A stretch of 64,000 nt of DNA. It comes from Prasinococcaceae sp. CCMP 1430. Lineage: Eukaryota; Plantae; Prasinodermophyta. Shown here in pieces: positions 11,456 to 22,186 of this stretch. The notes under the pieces are model-generated. The model saw nothing but the letters and a program-made list of their open reading frames with translations. It was not told the origin of the DNA and searched no databases. Both the position numbers and the translations under genes were made by a program. Location: NCBI GenBank assembly GCA_013416795.1, contig RQSC01000002.1:224603-288602 (forward strand). Reading direction: 5' to 3'. The stretch's first letter is position 1, and each line of letters opens with the position of its first letter.

Positions 11456-13183
11456 TCACCGCAGGATTGCGGGTCCCCTGATCCCGCCACGTCTCCGCTT
11501 CCCCTTGCCCTTGGCGCCCTTGGCCGCCTTGACGACGGTGGTGGCGCCGGCCCCGCCGGCGGCGGGCGCCAGCTTGCGTTTCTTGGAAGCGGGAGTCTGG
11601 CCAGCAGCAGGCGCAGGCGGCGCCACGAGCGTTGGGCGAGCTGGCTGTGGGCCCTCGTCCTCGCGCGCGCGAGCGCCAATCGCGAGTCGCTCATCGCTGT
11701 CACGTTCGAAGAGCGCCACGAAGAAGCCGTCAGTGGCGCCTTGTGCGCGTTCGGGCCCCGCTCGTGCGCACAGCGCCTGCCAGTCGCCACCCAACCCGCG
11801 GCAGGGCCAGCCAGGCAGCGCCTCGCCTAGCTTCCAGCCGTGCGCCCTGCCTACTTCCATCGCCTTCTCCACGACGTCCTCGTTCTCCTGTCGATGCACG
11901 CTGCACGTCGAATACACTAGCCTCCGCGCACGCGGTAGACGCATCGCTCGGGTGACCGCCGCCAGCTGGAAGGCAGCGAGCTTCTCCACGCGTGTGTCAC
12001 CTGCCGCATCGACCTCAGGCGCGCCCCCGCTCGGGAGCTCACCGAGGGTCGCACGCCCCGCCTCGATGAGGAAGTCGCCGCGGGAACGGCCCGTTCCGCT
12101 CCCCGAGCACGACGGATCGAGCAGCACGGCGTCGGCCTTGGCGAGCTCCGCCTCGACCGCCGGCGGGGGACTGAGGAAGTCGGCCACATGCGCCGAGATT
12201 ATGCCGTCTGCGCCCGTCGCGCGTGCGTTGGTACGCAGGCGCTGCAGCCGCACCGCGTCGCGGTCGAGCGCAATGACGCGCCCGCGTGTGCGACGTTTGC
12301 GGTTCCAGTCCGACAGGCTGTCATCCTCGGGGGTCTCGAGTGCCTCGGCCTCGGCGAGAAGCGCGGCGAGGTGTGTTGTCTTGTTGCCCGGCGCGGCGCA
12401 GCCATCGACGACTGTCCAGCCCGCGCGCGGCGCGAGAGCGCGCGCAGGGAGGCAGCTCGCCAGGCTCTGCTGCACGAGCGTGCCGAGCGCCACGCGCGCG
12501 TCCTCGTGCAGGTCTGTGCCAGGTGGCAAGCGCAACACCTCGGGCATCAGCGCCACGGGCTCAACTGCTGGTTCGGCGGCGTGCCCATCGGCCTGCAGCT
12601 CGCGGGTGACGCCTCCTGCCGCCTGCGCGAGCGTCTCACCCGCCCGCGCAGCCTTCAGATAATTGACGCGTGCGTAGCGCGGCAAGTCCTCGGGTACGGG
12701 CGGCAGCGCATCGCCAACGTTCGCGTAGCCGGCTTCGCGCACGGCAGCACCCACCTCGCGCCGCAGGACGTCCGCGACGACTGCGAGTGCGCGCTCGGCT
12801 GGTGGCGCTGACCGCTCGCGCAGCCCCGCGCCGAGCGCCGCGTCGTACGCCAGCACATGCAGCAGGTGCTGGTCACCACCGCATGCATCCAGCAACGCAG
12901 CGTGCGCGTCGCCGTCGGACGCGCGCAGCCGCGCGAGCGCCGCGCGTACCACGCAAGCGTGGCGCAGCGACTCACACAACAGCGCGTGCGCGGCGCGCCG
13001 TGCGGGTGCCGCGGTCGCGCGCGCGAGCGGCGAGCCCAGCGTGAGCGCCTTGAGCGCTGAGCCTCGCGCGCTACCGCTGCCTCTTCCTCTTCCTCCTCCT
13101 CCTCCTCCTCCGCCGCCGCCCAGCGCGCGGCCCAGCGCGTGCGCGGCGAGCGTGTGCGACGGGCGTGCGCGGGCGGCGGGCAT
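11456..13183 (-). CDS. NSUN5: NSUN5/Rcm1-type 25S/28S rRNA m5C methyltransferase
   Basis: PRYARVN, ASCLPA, DGCAAPGNKTT, LLDPSCSGSG, VYSTCSVHRQENE, TDGFFVALF. First in-frame ATG at 13183. Confidence 0.9.
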   Translation of the reverse strand: MPAARARPSHTLAAHALGRALGGGGGGGGGGRGRGSGSARGSALKALTLGSPLARATAAPARRAAHALLCESLRHACVVRAALARLRASDGDAHAALLDACGGDQHLLHVLAYDAALGAGLRERSAPPAERALAVVADVLRREVGAAVREAGYANVGDALPPVPEDLPRYARVNYLKAARAGETLAQAAGGVTRELQADGHAAEPAVEPVALMPEVLRLPPGTDLHEDARVALGTLVQQSLASCLPARALAPRAGWTVVDGCAAPGNKTTHLAALLAEAEALETPEDDSLSDWNRKRRTRGRVIALDRDAVRLQRLRTNARATGADGIISAHVADFLSPPPAVEAELAKADAVLLDPSCSGSGTGRSRGDFLIEAGRATLGELPSGGAPEVDAAGDTRVEKLAAFQLAAVTRAMRLPRARRLVYSTCSVHRQENEDVVEKAMEVGRAHGWKLGEALPGWPCRGLGGDWQALCARAGPERAQGATDGFFVALFERDSDERLAIGARAREDEGPQPARPTLVAPPAPAAGQTPASKKRKLAPAAGGAGATTVVKAAKGAKGKGKRRRGGIRGPAILR

Positions 13184-13735
13184 CTCCCGCCTCGCCCCCG
13201 CCCCGCTCACCCCGCGCAGTGTGCCGCAGGCAGCCGCCGCCGCAGCCGCCACCCAGCGGCGCGTGAGCCCGTCTCGACCCCGCTATTCTGATATGATGCT
13301 CCTGATATGACCGGGTCTGCACCCGCAGGACCCGGATTGTCGGGCTGAAACATACCGTGGTCAAGGCGGTTTGTACATTTCCGAACCAGGAAAAGAACGC
13401 GCCGGCCGCACATATTTCGCGCGGGCGCACTGTCTGTGTCCTTCGAACTCGCAGGCGCGCGCGCGTTTGAGCGGCGGCGCCGCCGCGCCACTGCGCGCGC
13501 CCCGAGCGCCGCGGCACGCGAGGTGCGAGGGGGCGGGGTGGGGGAGTCAGCGGGGTGATCGCACGCGGCGTGGCGTGCGCGGCACTGGGGAGGTCTCGTG
13601 CGCACCCGCGGGCCGCGTCTCTCGTCGGTGGCGGGGTGGGAGGGACGGTGCGCGCGGCACGATCCATGGGCGGGTGGTAGCGCTGCGCGCGCCTCTGCGG
13701 GCGCGTGGCCGGGGACGGGGGGAAAGGCGGGCGCC

Positions 13736-16700
13736 ATGGGGGAATGCGGAGGCGCCGCGGGCCCTTCCGTGGCCGCTGCGGGCCCGTCGCATGGGCAGGG
13801 CATGACGCTCTTCGGTCGGGTGGTACGGGTGAGCGCCACGCGCGCGCGCGCCCTTAACGGCGGCGGCGAGGGCGCACACTTTGCCGCAGAGCTCGAGCGC
13901 TGCCCGCATGTGCCGCAGTGCGGGGCAGCGGCGGACGCAGTGGGCGAGCGCGCGCGCACGCCCGGCGCGGGGCGCGCACCTCTCACGCTATGCTTCGACG
14001 CAGACGCGCTCGGGGGGCGCGGGCACCTGGACGCTGCCGCGGCCGAGCTCCGCGCTGCGCGCGACACCGGACGTTGCGCGTGCGTGTGCGCAATGGCGGC
14101 TGTGCGGTACGATGCCCAGGAGATGCACATGACATGCGCGCCGGCTGGAGCACAACGCCGCGCTCCAAAGTTGCGGGCATACCATGCGACCGCGGGCACG
14201 CGCGCGAGCGCGCTGGCAGCCGCGCCTGCGGCTGCGTCCACGACTTCGCCTCCGCAGGGGGAGCGCAGGCACGCGTGGGCGGTCGGTGCGCGCGTGAGCT
14301 ACGCCGGCGTCGTGACCGCGGTCGGGGCGCGAGGGGGAGAGGCCGTGCTCGACGGATGCGTGCGCATCGTGTGCGCTGCGCAGCACCGCGCGTGCGCCGG
14401 TGCTGCCGGTGAACGACCCTGGCTGCGAGTTGGCGCTGCCGTCGCTGTCGCCGACGCGCGATGCGTCTGCACCGGCGAAGGCGGCGAGGGCGTCGAAGGC
14501 CGCGCTGGCACCGGTAGGCACACGTGCGCGCGCACACATGCACACCCAACCCCCGACGCAAGCACGCGCGCACTCGAGGCGGAGGACGAGGACGACGAAG
14601 AGGCGTGCGGCCGCGCCGCCTTCCGCCTGCCGATGCTCGCACTCACCGCTTGGTCGAGCATCGACTTGATCGCCACGGCGCCGCACGCGCTCGCCGGGAA
14701 AAAACCGCTCGAGCGCGAGGGCACCTGCGCAAACGCACATGCGCGCGGGAGCAACAAGCGCACGCGTGGTGGTTCGCCGCGACACGGCGCGCTGCCGCTG
14801 CTGTCGTCGCTGGTGCAGCCGCTACCGGACCTGGCGCGACTAGGCTGCGCCGCAGTGGCCCTCCCGACGCTGCTGGGCGCGCTCGCATGCGTGGTTCGCA
14901 CGCTGGAGCACCTGGGCATGGGGTCGGAGAGGGACGCGATACGCAAAGCGTGGACGGTCGTGCGGGCGGTGTACAAGAAAGAGTTGGGAGAGGGTGGTGT
15001 GTGGCGCGGAGGCGATGCCGCGGGCAGCAGCCGAGGAGGCCTTAGCGGCGGCGCGCCCGTCTGGCCAGGGCTGCGCGAGGCGGAGGATGCGCTCGAGATG
15101 CGAGCGCTCGCCGCGCTCGAGCATGAGGGGGAGGCACCGCGCACCTCAAGCGCCGCCGCGCTCGCGCGGGCAGCCTGTGAGGTGGCGAACGCGCGGCTCA
15201 CGCGGGGCAGCTCATCGCTCGCTTCGAGACGCCGCGCGCGGGAGGCCGCTGCGCTGCCCGTGGGCGGGGGCGCCGACCTGCTCGGGCGCAGGAACAAGTT
15301 TCCGCCGGACGCCACCGGGCGCGCGCGCGCTCTCGTGGTGTGTGGACACGAGCTCGGTGCCCTGGTTGTGGCGCGTCTTGTGGCGCTCCCGGCTGGCTGC
15401 GTTGGGCTCGAGGACGGCAGCGGCATTTTGCGCGTGTGCGTGCGCGGAGACCTCGAAAACGCGGCCATCGGCCACATGTACGCGCTGCGCGATTTTGACG
15501 TGCTCGTCGAGGCCGCGCCCATCGAGTATGGCGATGGCGCGGACACGTGCTCGTACCGCTTCGGGGCGCCGGTGCTCATGTGCGACGCGTCGGCGTTGCT
15601 GAGAGTGGCGGTGGCGAAGTCAGAGGAGCCGCTGTCGGACCTTGCGTGGGCGCGAGCGCCAATGGTGGCGCTTGGCGTCGTCATGGGCCACGGCACCGTC
15701 GCCGGTGTGCACGCGAGCGCGAGCCCAGCGCACGAGCACGCAAGCGTCGCCGGCCGAGTGCGAGTGCATCGCTACCTGCCGGTCATGCTGGCATCAGTTG
15801 AGCTGCGGCCGACGCCGTTTGCCGGGAGCGACAGCGAGGGCAACGCAACACGCAACGGCAGCGCCGCGGGGAGCGGTGGCGGCGACGACGCCGCCCCTCT
15901 GTGCCGGGCAAGCGTGCACTCCTGTGGCGCCCCCGGTGAAGCGCTTGAGCTTGTTGCGAGATGCGTGCCGCGTGAGCCCGCGCGAGCACTGGTGTGCCTG
16001 CGGGGCCCCGCAGCGGCGCTCTCACACACGTTGGTGGAGGGTGCGCTGGTGGCCATATCGCTCGATGAGCAGAGCGCGAGCGTCGGCAGATGGCCGCCGG
16101 ACGTGCGGCTGTGCTACATCGACGCGGCATCAGCGCTCCCGCGCGAGGTGGCTGTGCGTGCAGCATCCGCGTGGAAGTACGACGATGGCATTGCTGTCGC
16201 TGCCAAGGGCTCGTCTGCCGCGAAATTTTCTACCAGCGCCGCTGGCGGTGGCAGCGCTGCTGTTCCCGCAACCGTCGCGGTCGCGGACTCGCACGTGTCG
16301 CGGGTGAAAGCAGAATTGCGCAAGGCTGTAGTTGCGGCAGCTCAGGCGGCGGGCAGCGCTAGGATGGGCGGATGTGCTTGCACAGCAGCGCAAGCGCTAC
16401 CGCCGGCCGTTCCTCTCTCGCCGCGCTACGGCACCGTGCGGGGCGTGGTGATGCACAAGGAGCTCGGCGCGCCCGTCGCGGCACCGCGGGCGGTGCACGC
16501 GCAATTGCACGGCTCCGCTGGTGCGACCGTCACCGTGCGTCACCCGCTCACCCTCACCATTGCCACTGTTGAGGGTGGAGCACAGATGCATGTGCGTGTG
16601 GGCGCTCACGTCACCAGCAGCCTGCCACCTGGCTGCAGCGAGGGCGCGCTGGTGCACGTCTGCGTGCGCGCGGTTCGTCCGGAGGGAGAACAACACAGCG

Positions 16701-17389
16701 GGCAGACGATGCTGGAAGCCATCGACGGTGGCGTGATGGTCGAGAGACCGTGCGCGTGGGTTGTCCCAAGCGCTGCAAGCGGCTTGTCTGTGCGCACGCA
16801 AGGCGACGCCGCGGGGACGGCTGCGGCAGCGGCGGGAGAACGGCTGGCACGGCTCGCGCCGCTGGTGCGCCTCGTGGGTGGCGCTGCGCGCGCGCCGGAC
16901 GGCGCCCGCATGCGCTGCTCGGTGGCCGCACTGCGACGGCTGGACATCTCTCTACCGCACTCTATGCAGCTTGCGCGCTCGCACGCCAACTTGCATGCGC
17001 TGCAGGTAGAGGCCTGCGCACTGCTTGACGACGGCAGCGCGTGCGCCGAGGTCGTGCTGAGTGGCGAGGACGCATGGTGCCTTTTCGGCCTTGGCAGCGC
17101 CGCACGCCGCACGCGCAACGCGCTCGAGGCGATGGCGAGGCAAGGCAGCGGGCTGTTTGTGCGCTGGACAACTCGCGATGCGCGCTCTGCGCACGCGCAC
17201 ACGGCGGGAGGCGCGCTTGGCGGCGCACAGCTCGATGCATGCGCGAGCGCAGCGCGAATTGCAGCGGCGACAGGCGTCGAGGTGGCTGCGAACGTCGTGT
17301 GGGCTGGCGGTTTACTACGGGCAACGCATGCGCACGTACCCGACGCCGCGCGCGAGGCGCGTGAGGCGATGGCCGCCTTCGACCTGTAA
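13736..17389 (+). CDS. CTC1: CTC1-like (CST complex large subunit), highly divergent and Ala-rich
   Basis: About 1200 aa. LEDGSGILRVCV...IGHMYALRDFDVLVE and C-terminal ALLDDGSACAEVVLSGEDAWCLFGL resemble recalled OB-fold motifs of plant CTC1 (LxDxTGxIxV...IYxVxDFxLxxE; LDDGS...A..LL.L). Start and possible in-frame introns uncertain. Confidence 0.65.
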   Translation: MGECGGAAGPSVAAAGPSHGQGMTLFGRVVRVSATRARALNGGGEGAHFAAELERCPHVPQCGAAADAVGERARTPGAGRAPLTLCFDADALGGRGHLDAAAAELRAARDTGRCACVCAMAAVRYDAQEMHMTCAPAGAQRRAPKLRAYHATAGTRASALAAAPAAASTTSPPQGERRHAWAVGARVSYAGVVTAVGARGGEAVLDGCVRIVCAAQHRACAGAAGERPWLRVGAAVAVADARCVCTGEGGEGVEGRAGTGRHTCARTHAHPTPDASTRALEAEDEDDEEACGRAAFRLPMLALTAWSSIDLIATAPHALAGKKPLEREGTCANAHARGSNKRTRGGSPRHGALPLLSSLVQPLPDLARLGCAAVALPTLLGALACVVRTLEHLGMGSERDAIRKAWTVVRAVYKKELGEGGVWRGGDAAGSSRGGLSGGAPVWPGLREAEDALEMRALAALEHEGEAPRTSSAAALARAACEVANARLTRGSSSLASRRRAREAAALPVGGGADLLGRRNKFPPDATGRARALVVCGHELGALVVARLVALPAGCVGLEDGSGILRVCVRGDLENAAIGHMYALRDFDVLVEAAPIEYGDGADTCSYRFGAPVLMCDASALLRVAVAKSEEPLSDLAWARAPMVALGVVMGHGTVAGVHASASPAHEHASVAGRVRVHRYLPVMLASVELRPTPFAGSDSEGNATRNGSAAGSGGGDDAAPLCRASVHSCGAPGEALELVARCVPREPARALVCLRGPAAALSHTLVEGALVAISLDEQSASVGRWPPDVRLCYIDAASALPREVAVRAASAWKYDDGIAVAAKGSSAAKFSTSAAGGGSAAVPATVAVADSHVSRVKAELRKAVVAAAQAAGSARMGGCACTAAQALPPAVPLSPRYGTVRGVVMHKELGAPVAAPRAVHAQLHGSAGATVTVRHPLTLTIATVEGGAQMHVRVGAHVTSSLPPGCSEGALVHVCVRAVRPEGEQHSGQTMLEAIDGGVMVERPCAWVVPSAASGLSVRTQGDAAGTAAAAAGERLARLAPLVRLVGGAARAPDGARMRCSVAALRRLDISLPHSMQLARSHANLHALQVEACALLDDGSACAEVVLSGEDAWCLFGLGSAARRTRNALEAMARQGSGLFVRWTTRDARSAHAHTAGGALGGAQLDACASAARIAAATGVEVAANVVWAGGLLRATHAHVPDAAREAREAMAAFDL

Positions 17390-17596
17390 ACATGTGATAA
17401 TACTTTCAGCGGGGGTCTGGGTGCCCCACCACGCACCCCACCGCGCTCTAGACTTCTCCCTCGCGCGCATTTTCGTACGCCACACCGCGCGCGCTCTGCG
17501 CACGCGGTGTGCGCTCTGTGCGCACCACGTGTGTGCTGAGGCGTAGGCCGATAGGAGAGCTGCGACGCGACGCGGGCATCAGCACCGCCTGGATCA

Positions 17597-20500
17597 ATGG
17601 CATGCGCGGAGCGCCTCGCGGCGGCAATCGCATCAGCGCCGGACGCGCCTTCGGCGGCGGCTGCTGCTGCTGCCGCGGCGCGTGCGGCCGCTGATGGCGC
17701 ACCCGAGGCCGCTCGCTCGCGGCTCGCGGCCGCCGCACTCGCGCTTGGGGCGGGCACGGCCGCTGCACGTGCAGCCGCGATGCTGGATTCTGCGCTTGCA
17801 ACCGACGACGAGCTCGCTGACGTGCTTTCGGAGCGGCCCGAGCAGATGACACTCCTGGCGCGCGACCTCGCTGCCCATGCAGCGCGCTCATTGGCCGCAC
17901 GTGACGACGTCAGCACAGCCCCGCGCTCCATCGTGCGCGCGCTGCTGCGCGCGCGACGGCCCGAGGCGGCCGAGCGGTGCCTAGCCGAGCTGAGGATACT
18001 CGCGTTAGCGGAATCTCCGCTTGCCGGCGCTGCTGAGGCGTACTGCGCTGCCGTCGGCACTGCTGCTGCCGCTGGCGCGGACGCCGAGCCGCTCGTGCGC
18101 GCGGAGCTCGGAGCACTCATCGCTTCCCGCAACGGCAGCGGCGCCCTACGCTCGCGGCTGTTGGCACCATTCGTGCAAGCACTCGCGCCGCGTGTTGCGC
18201 TCGCGCCGGCGGCGGCTGTCTTGTGCAACTGCGTCGGTAGCGAGGGCGCCCGCGCTGCTCTCGACGCGGCCGGCGCGGTAGCTCGCGCATCGCCGGCCGG
18301 CGCGGCGGCAGCGCGCGAGCTGCTCGCGGAGGCGGCGGCGGCCGCCGCCGCCGAACGCTCGATGGACCGAGCGTGTGCAGCGCTCGCGCTTGCCGCCGAG
18401 CTCAGCGAGGCGGGCGTTCTTGACCTAGCCGCCTGGATAGTCGCGCTCGCGCAGGCCGACGATGACGCGGAGGCGCAACCCAACCACGTCGCCAATGGAG
18501 CAGAGACGCCTACGCCCGCCGGGGGCAATGTGGCTGCTCCTAGTGCGGGTGTTGGTGGGGCAGGTGGGGGCATGACCTCAGCGGGCGCGCTGGCATCCGC
18601 CGCCGGCCGTCAGCTGCTAGCGGCCGCGCTCACCACGGCGGCGCCAGCCCAGTCGAGCGGCGCAGTGCTGCGCGCGCAATTCGCGGCAGCACGTGCGCTC
18701 GCCCGTGGTGGCGTGGGTTGCATGCAAGACTTCGCCGACCTAGCTGCTACCCGGCTTCGGGATCTTAGCGAGCCGCTGCACGCACCACAGCGGCGGCCAG
18801 ACGCGCAGTCAGACGCAGGGGTGGCGAGGAACAACAGGACTGACGCCCTCGGTGGAGGCAAGTACACGGCCGAGGAGCTCACCAAAGCGCGGGCGTACGC
18901 TTTGTCCATCGTTGAGGAGTTTGAGCGCACGGGTGCTATCGCCGCATCGGTGGTACAGTCGGCGCGCCACTGGCAGCGCCAATGGTGGCAGGCGGCTGTC
19001 GTCCCCGCACTTCTCGCCGTCGGTTCTGAAGGTGACGCTGTGGGTGTGGCTGATGCCGCGGACCCCGCCGCCGAGGTCGAGCGCATCGAGCGCGCTGCGC
19101 GTTGTGCTGATGCCTTGGCAAACATACGCCTGTTGAGCGCAGCGCAGGCCTCAGCCTTGCGAAAACGTGCCGACACGCGCGCGGAGGCTGCCGCGCTCGG
19201 CCTCGGTGGAGGAAGCGGGGCTGATCCAAGTGATGGTCGCTTGCGTGCACGCGGACGGGCCGCGCAGCCCGTCGCGCGCACGGCCGACGGCAGGCAACTC
19301 GCCGCGACCCTGGCGCGAGTGCGCGACGCCGCGCGAAGCGCCGACGAGCATGACAATGCGCAAGCGCGCGCGGCGATCTGGCCGCTGATCGACGATGCCG
19401 CGGACGCACTGCGCTCGGCAGGCACGCGTGCGCACGCGAACGCTGGTGCCACCGGCACGCCTGGGAGTGCAGCTGCCGCAGGCTCAGAGGATATGGCCGC
19501 ACAGCTGGTGGGGTGGATGGTGGATCAGAATGTAGAGGAGGCAGGAAATGGCATGCGCACTGCGGTATCCGGTGTGGTGCATGTCTTGGCCAGCGCTCCG
19601 AGGGGAGTGAGGGTCGCCCTGCCAGGCACGCTCATGGCGATTGTCGGACGCCTCTATGCCCCCAATTCTGACGATCTTGACGCCTCCGACAGCGCTGCTG
19701 CGGCGGACTCGGAGCCTTGCAGGCGCGGCCTTGTAGCCACACTGGCTGCACTCGCAGCGTACCGATCCACGGAAGGGAGAGGTCGCGCCCAAGTGCTCGC
19801 CCCATCGCAGGCCAGTGGCGCATCGGCTCCATCCGCGACGGTGCCGTCGATCGTGTCTGGACTCGCGCCGATCGCCTCTGGTGATGCACTTGCGCCAGTC
19901 ATCCGTGCACGCGATTCCTCAGGGGCACTGACGCCTGCGCGCGCAGCCAGTGGCCCAGACCTGCTCGTGCGTGCACTTGACTTGTTGCCGCTCGGGTCCC
20001 CGCGTCAAGTTGCGCGCGCCGTGGAGCTGATCGCCGAGTATGTTGCACATGTCGTCAAAACATATGCATTCATCGCTGATGGGGACACCGAGGACACCTC
20101 CGCAGGCAACGTTAGGGCTCGCCGAATTGTCGCTCTCTCTGGTCCGAACAGCGACACACGTGGTGACGGACCGAGCCAATCGAAAAGAGCGCGGACTGAT
20201 GGAGTGGTCTCGGCGGCGCAGGAGACTTGCGCGGCGTATGCACCGCAAGACATGTTGTTGCGTCTCGAAGTTCTGTCCGGCCGGGCACGCGTACTCGCCA
20301 TTGGCAATGCCGATGCCGACGTGGCAAACGCATGCCGCGCCGCCGCTTTGTCTGGCGATTCTGCGCTCAGGTCCGCCGAGCGTGCTGGCATTCTGCGCGC
20401 AGGCGAGTGCGTGAGCGCGTGTACGCGCGCGACTGTGGTCGCGGCATCCCGCGCGCACGCTGGTACTGGTGCTCTGGTGCGCGAATCAGCGGTCGCGGAG

Positions 20501-22018
20501 ATGCGCGCGACGGCTATCGCCGCGGACCCACCGGGTGCCGTGCGATGGCTCATTGCGTGCGCAGCAGAGAACACTGCGTACAGTCCGATCAGTGGAGACT
20601 ACAGCACGACGCCGAGCTGCAGCCAGCTCGACGCTCTGGGGCCTGGCGTGGACGTGGTTTTGCGCGTATTGGCGGACGCAGATGCCGCGCGGCTTGCATG
20701 TGCCGGTTCCGCGTGGCTGCCGCGCGCCGTCATCGCCGCGATGGACGCCTGCGAGGGCGAGCTGCCTGCATGCGTATTCGCGCATGCAGCGGCCGCTGCG
20801 GAGCTGGTGGTGCACCTACCCCCGGCCGCGCTCATTGAGGCTCCCTGTGGAGAGCATGTGACCAACATTTCGCGTGCCTCCAGATGCGATCAGCTTGAAG
20901 CAATGCTGGTTTCTCTCACCAGTAGTGGCGCCGTCGTTGGCGACGTCTTCGCCGCGCACGTCGCCGCCGCCGTCGATCTCTGTATGGCGGTAGACGAGCC
21001 GCCACATGTACTTAGCGCCGCACTGGCACTGTGCAAGCATGCCAAGGTAGCACACACACGACCCAGTGCCCAATCACAGTCAATGGTCCGAGCGGCAGCG
21101 ATCGTGGACAGCCTCTTTCGCAGTGGTGGTGACGCCGTGAAGGCTGCACACGACGCGCTGGCATGCGACGGGCGTGCTCCGGGGGCACATGTGCGCGGCG
21201 CTATTGGAAGTGCCGTAGGGCGCATGCTCGTGATGCTGTGCGAGGGTGGAGCCGGCGCAACAGGCGTCGGTGTGCCAGCACAGGCACTCGTGCCGCCTGC
21301 TGTGCTACTGCGCGCGCGACCAGCATATCGTGCTGGGCGCGTTGCGTCGGCGCTGCGCAAGGCTGCGCGAGTGCTGTGTAGCGTCACAGATGATGCCGCG
21401 CGCAAAGGAGCGGAAGACAATGCGGACGCGTGTGGTTCGCAGTGTGCACTGAGCAAGTTTTTGTTCGTCACGCTGGCCGGTGCGGTGGCGGCGGACCCAT
21501 CTCTTGCTCTGCCGCCTGGCGAAGGTTGCCGCGGCGACCGCGGAGATGACACACGGCTCTTCGATGTGGCGTTTGGTCTGCTGCATGCACTTGGGCTGCC
21601 CGTGCTGCTGCGCGCGCTCGGCGAAGCCGCGCTGGCCAAGCCTGAAGCTGCTGGTGCGACGATCTTCCTACGACTTCTGGCTGGGCTAGACGCCAACATT
21701 GTACAGGTGAGCTCTCGCTCTCTCTCACGCGCTCACGCCTGCCCAAGCGTGTGCTCAAGACCCTGCACACGCGCGCACCCCGTCTCGTGCTGTGTGCTCA
21801 CCCGTTGTTGCCTGCTCGCGTGCCGTTCTCCTCGCACGCGCGCGCGTGCACAGACCATTGCGGCCGATGCCGCGCGTCTCACCGGGCGCCGCGGCGTGCT
21901 TGCCGCGCTCGCCACCGCTGCGGCGGAGCGCGTGCGGCTCTGTGGCGTGCGCGAATTCGAGCGCGCCGCCGGCAAGGCCAAGGAGGCCGTGCTCGCTGTC
22001 ATGCGCGCCACCACGTGA
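17597..22018 (+). CDS. FANCA-like large alpha-helical protein; in-frame intron 21707-21853
   Basis: DFADLAATRLRDL (about 18728-18766) followed by IVEEFERTGAIAASVVQSARHWQRQWWQAAVVPALL (18908-19016) parallels recalled human FANCA [13 protein letters not shown]...[34 protein letters not shown]. Length (about 1420 aa) is similar. Confidence 0.55.
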   Translation: MACAERLAAAIASAPDAPSAAAAAAAAARAAADGAPEAARSRLAAAALALGAGTAAARAAAMLDSALATDDELADVLSERPEQMTLLARDLAAHAARSLAARDDVSTAPRSIVRALLRARRPEAAERCLAELRILALAESPLAGAAEAYCAAVGTAAAAGADAEPLVRAELGALIASRNGSGALRSRLLAPFVQALAPRVALAPAAAVLCNCVGSEGARAALDAAGAVARASPAGAAAARELLAEAAAAAAAERSMDRACAALALAAELSEAGVLDLAAWIVALAQADDDAEAQPNHVANGAETPTPAGGNVAAPSAGVGGAGGGMTSAGALASAAGRQLLAAALTTAAPAQSSGAVLRAQFAAARALARGGVGCMQDFADLAATRLRDLSEPLHAPQRRPDAQSDAGVARNNRTDALGGGKYTAEELTKARAYALSIVEEFERTGAIAASVVQSARHWQRQWWQAAVVPALLAVGSEGDAVGVADAADPAAEVERIERAARCADALANIRLLSAAQASALRKRADTRAEAAALGLGGGSGADPSDGRLRARGRAAQPVARTADGRQLAATLARVRDAARSADEHDNAQARAAIWPLIDDAADALRSAGTRAHANAGATGTPGSAAAAGSEDMAAQLVGWMVDQNVEEAGNGMRTAVSGVVHVLASAPRGVRVALPGTLMAIVGRLYAPNSDDLDASDSAAAADSEPCRRGLVATLAALAAYRSTEGRGRAQVLAPSQASGASAPSATVPSIVSGLAPIASGDALAPVIRARDSSGALTPARAASGPDLLVRALDLLPLGSPRQVARAVELIAEYVAHVVKTYAFIADGDTEDTSAGNVRARRIVALSGPNSDTRGDGPSQSKRARTDGVVSAAQETCAAYAPQDMLLRLEVLSGRARVLAIGNADADVANACRAAALSGDSALRSAERAGILRAGECVSACTRATVVAASRAHAGTGALVRESAVAEMRATAIAADPPGAVRWLIACAAENTAYSPISGDYSTTPSCSQLDALGPGVDVVLRVLADADAARLACAGSAWLPRAVIAAMDACEGELPACVFAHAAAAAELVVHLPPAALIEAPCGEHVTNISRASRCDQLEAMLVSLTSSGAVVGDVFAAHVAAAVDLCMAVDEPPHVLSAALALCKHAKVAHTRPSAQSQSMVRAAAIVDSLFRSGGDAVKAAHDALACDGRAPGAHVRGAIGSAVGRMLVMLCEGGAGATGVGVPAQALVPPAVLLRARPAYRAGRVASALRKAARVLCSVTDDAARKGAEDNADACGSQCALSKFLFVTLAGAVAADPSLALPPGEGCRGDRGDDTRLFDVAFGLLHALGLPVLLRALGEAALAKPEAAGATIFLRLLAGLDANIVQVSSRSLSRAHACPSVCSRPCTRAHPVSCCVLTRCCLLACRSPRTRARAQTIAADAARLTGRRGVLAALATAAAERVRLCGVREFERAAGKAKEAVLAVMRATT

Positions 22019-22186
22019 TTTGGGGAGGGATCGTCAGAGGACTGCCTGTTGTTATCATTATGTACATACTTTGTCTACCTGCACCACCGTGGTGGTCCTC
22101 ACGCGCACGCATGCGCGTAGCCTCTCCGTCGCATCGTATCTTAGTTTACAAGAATCTGTGACGTTCATTGTACAGCGTCGGGAGCC

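Noticed and set aside
21707-21853. Many introns are stop-free or 3n (90, 147, 381 nt), suggesting regulated retention
   Set aside because: Expected from the scarcity of stop codons in very GC-rich introns; other introns are not 3n
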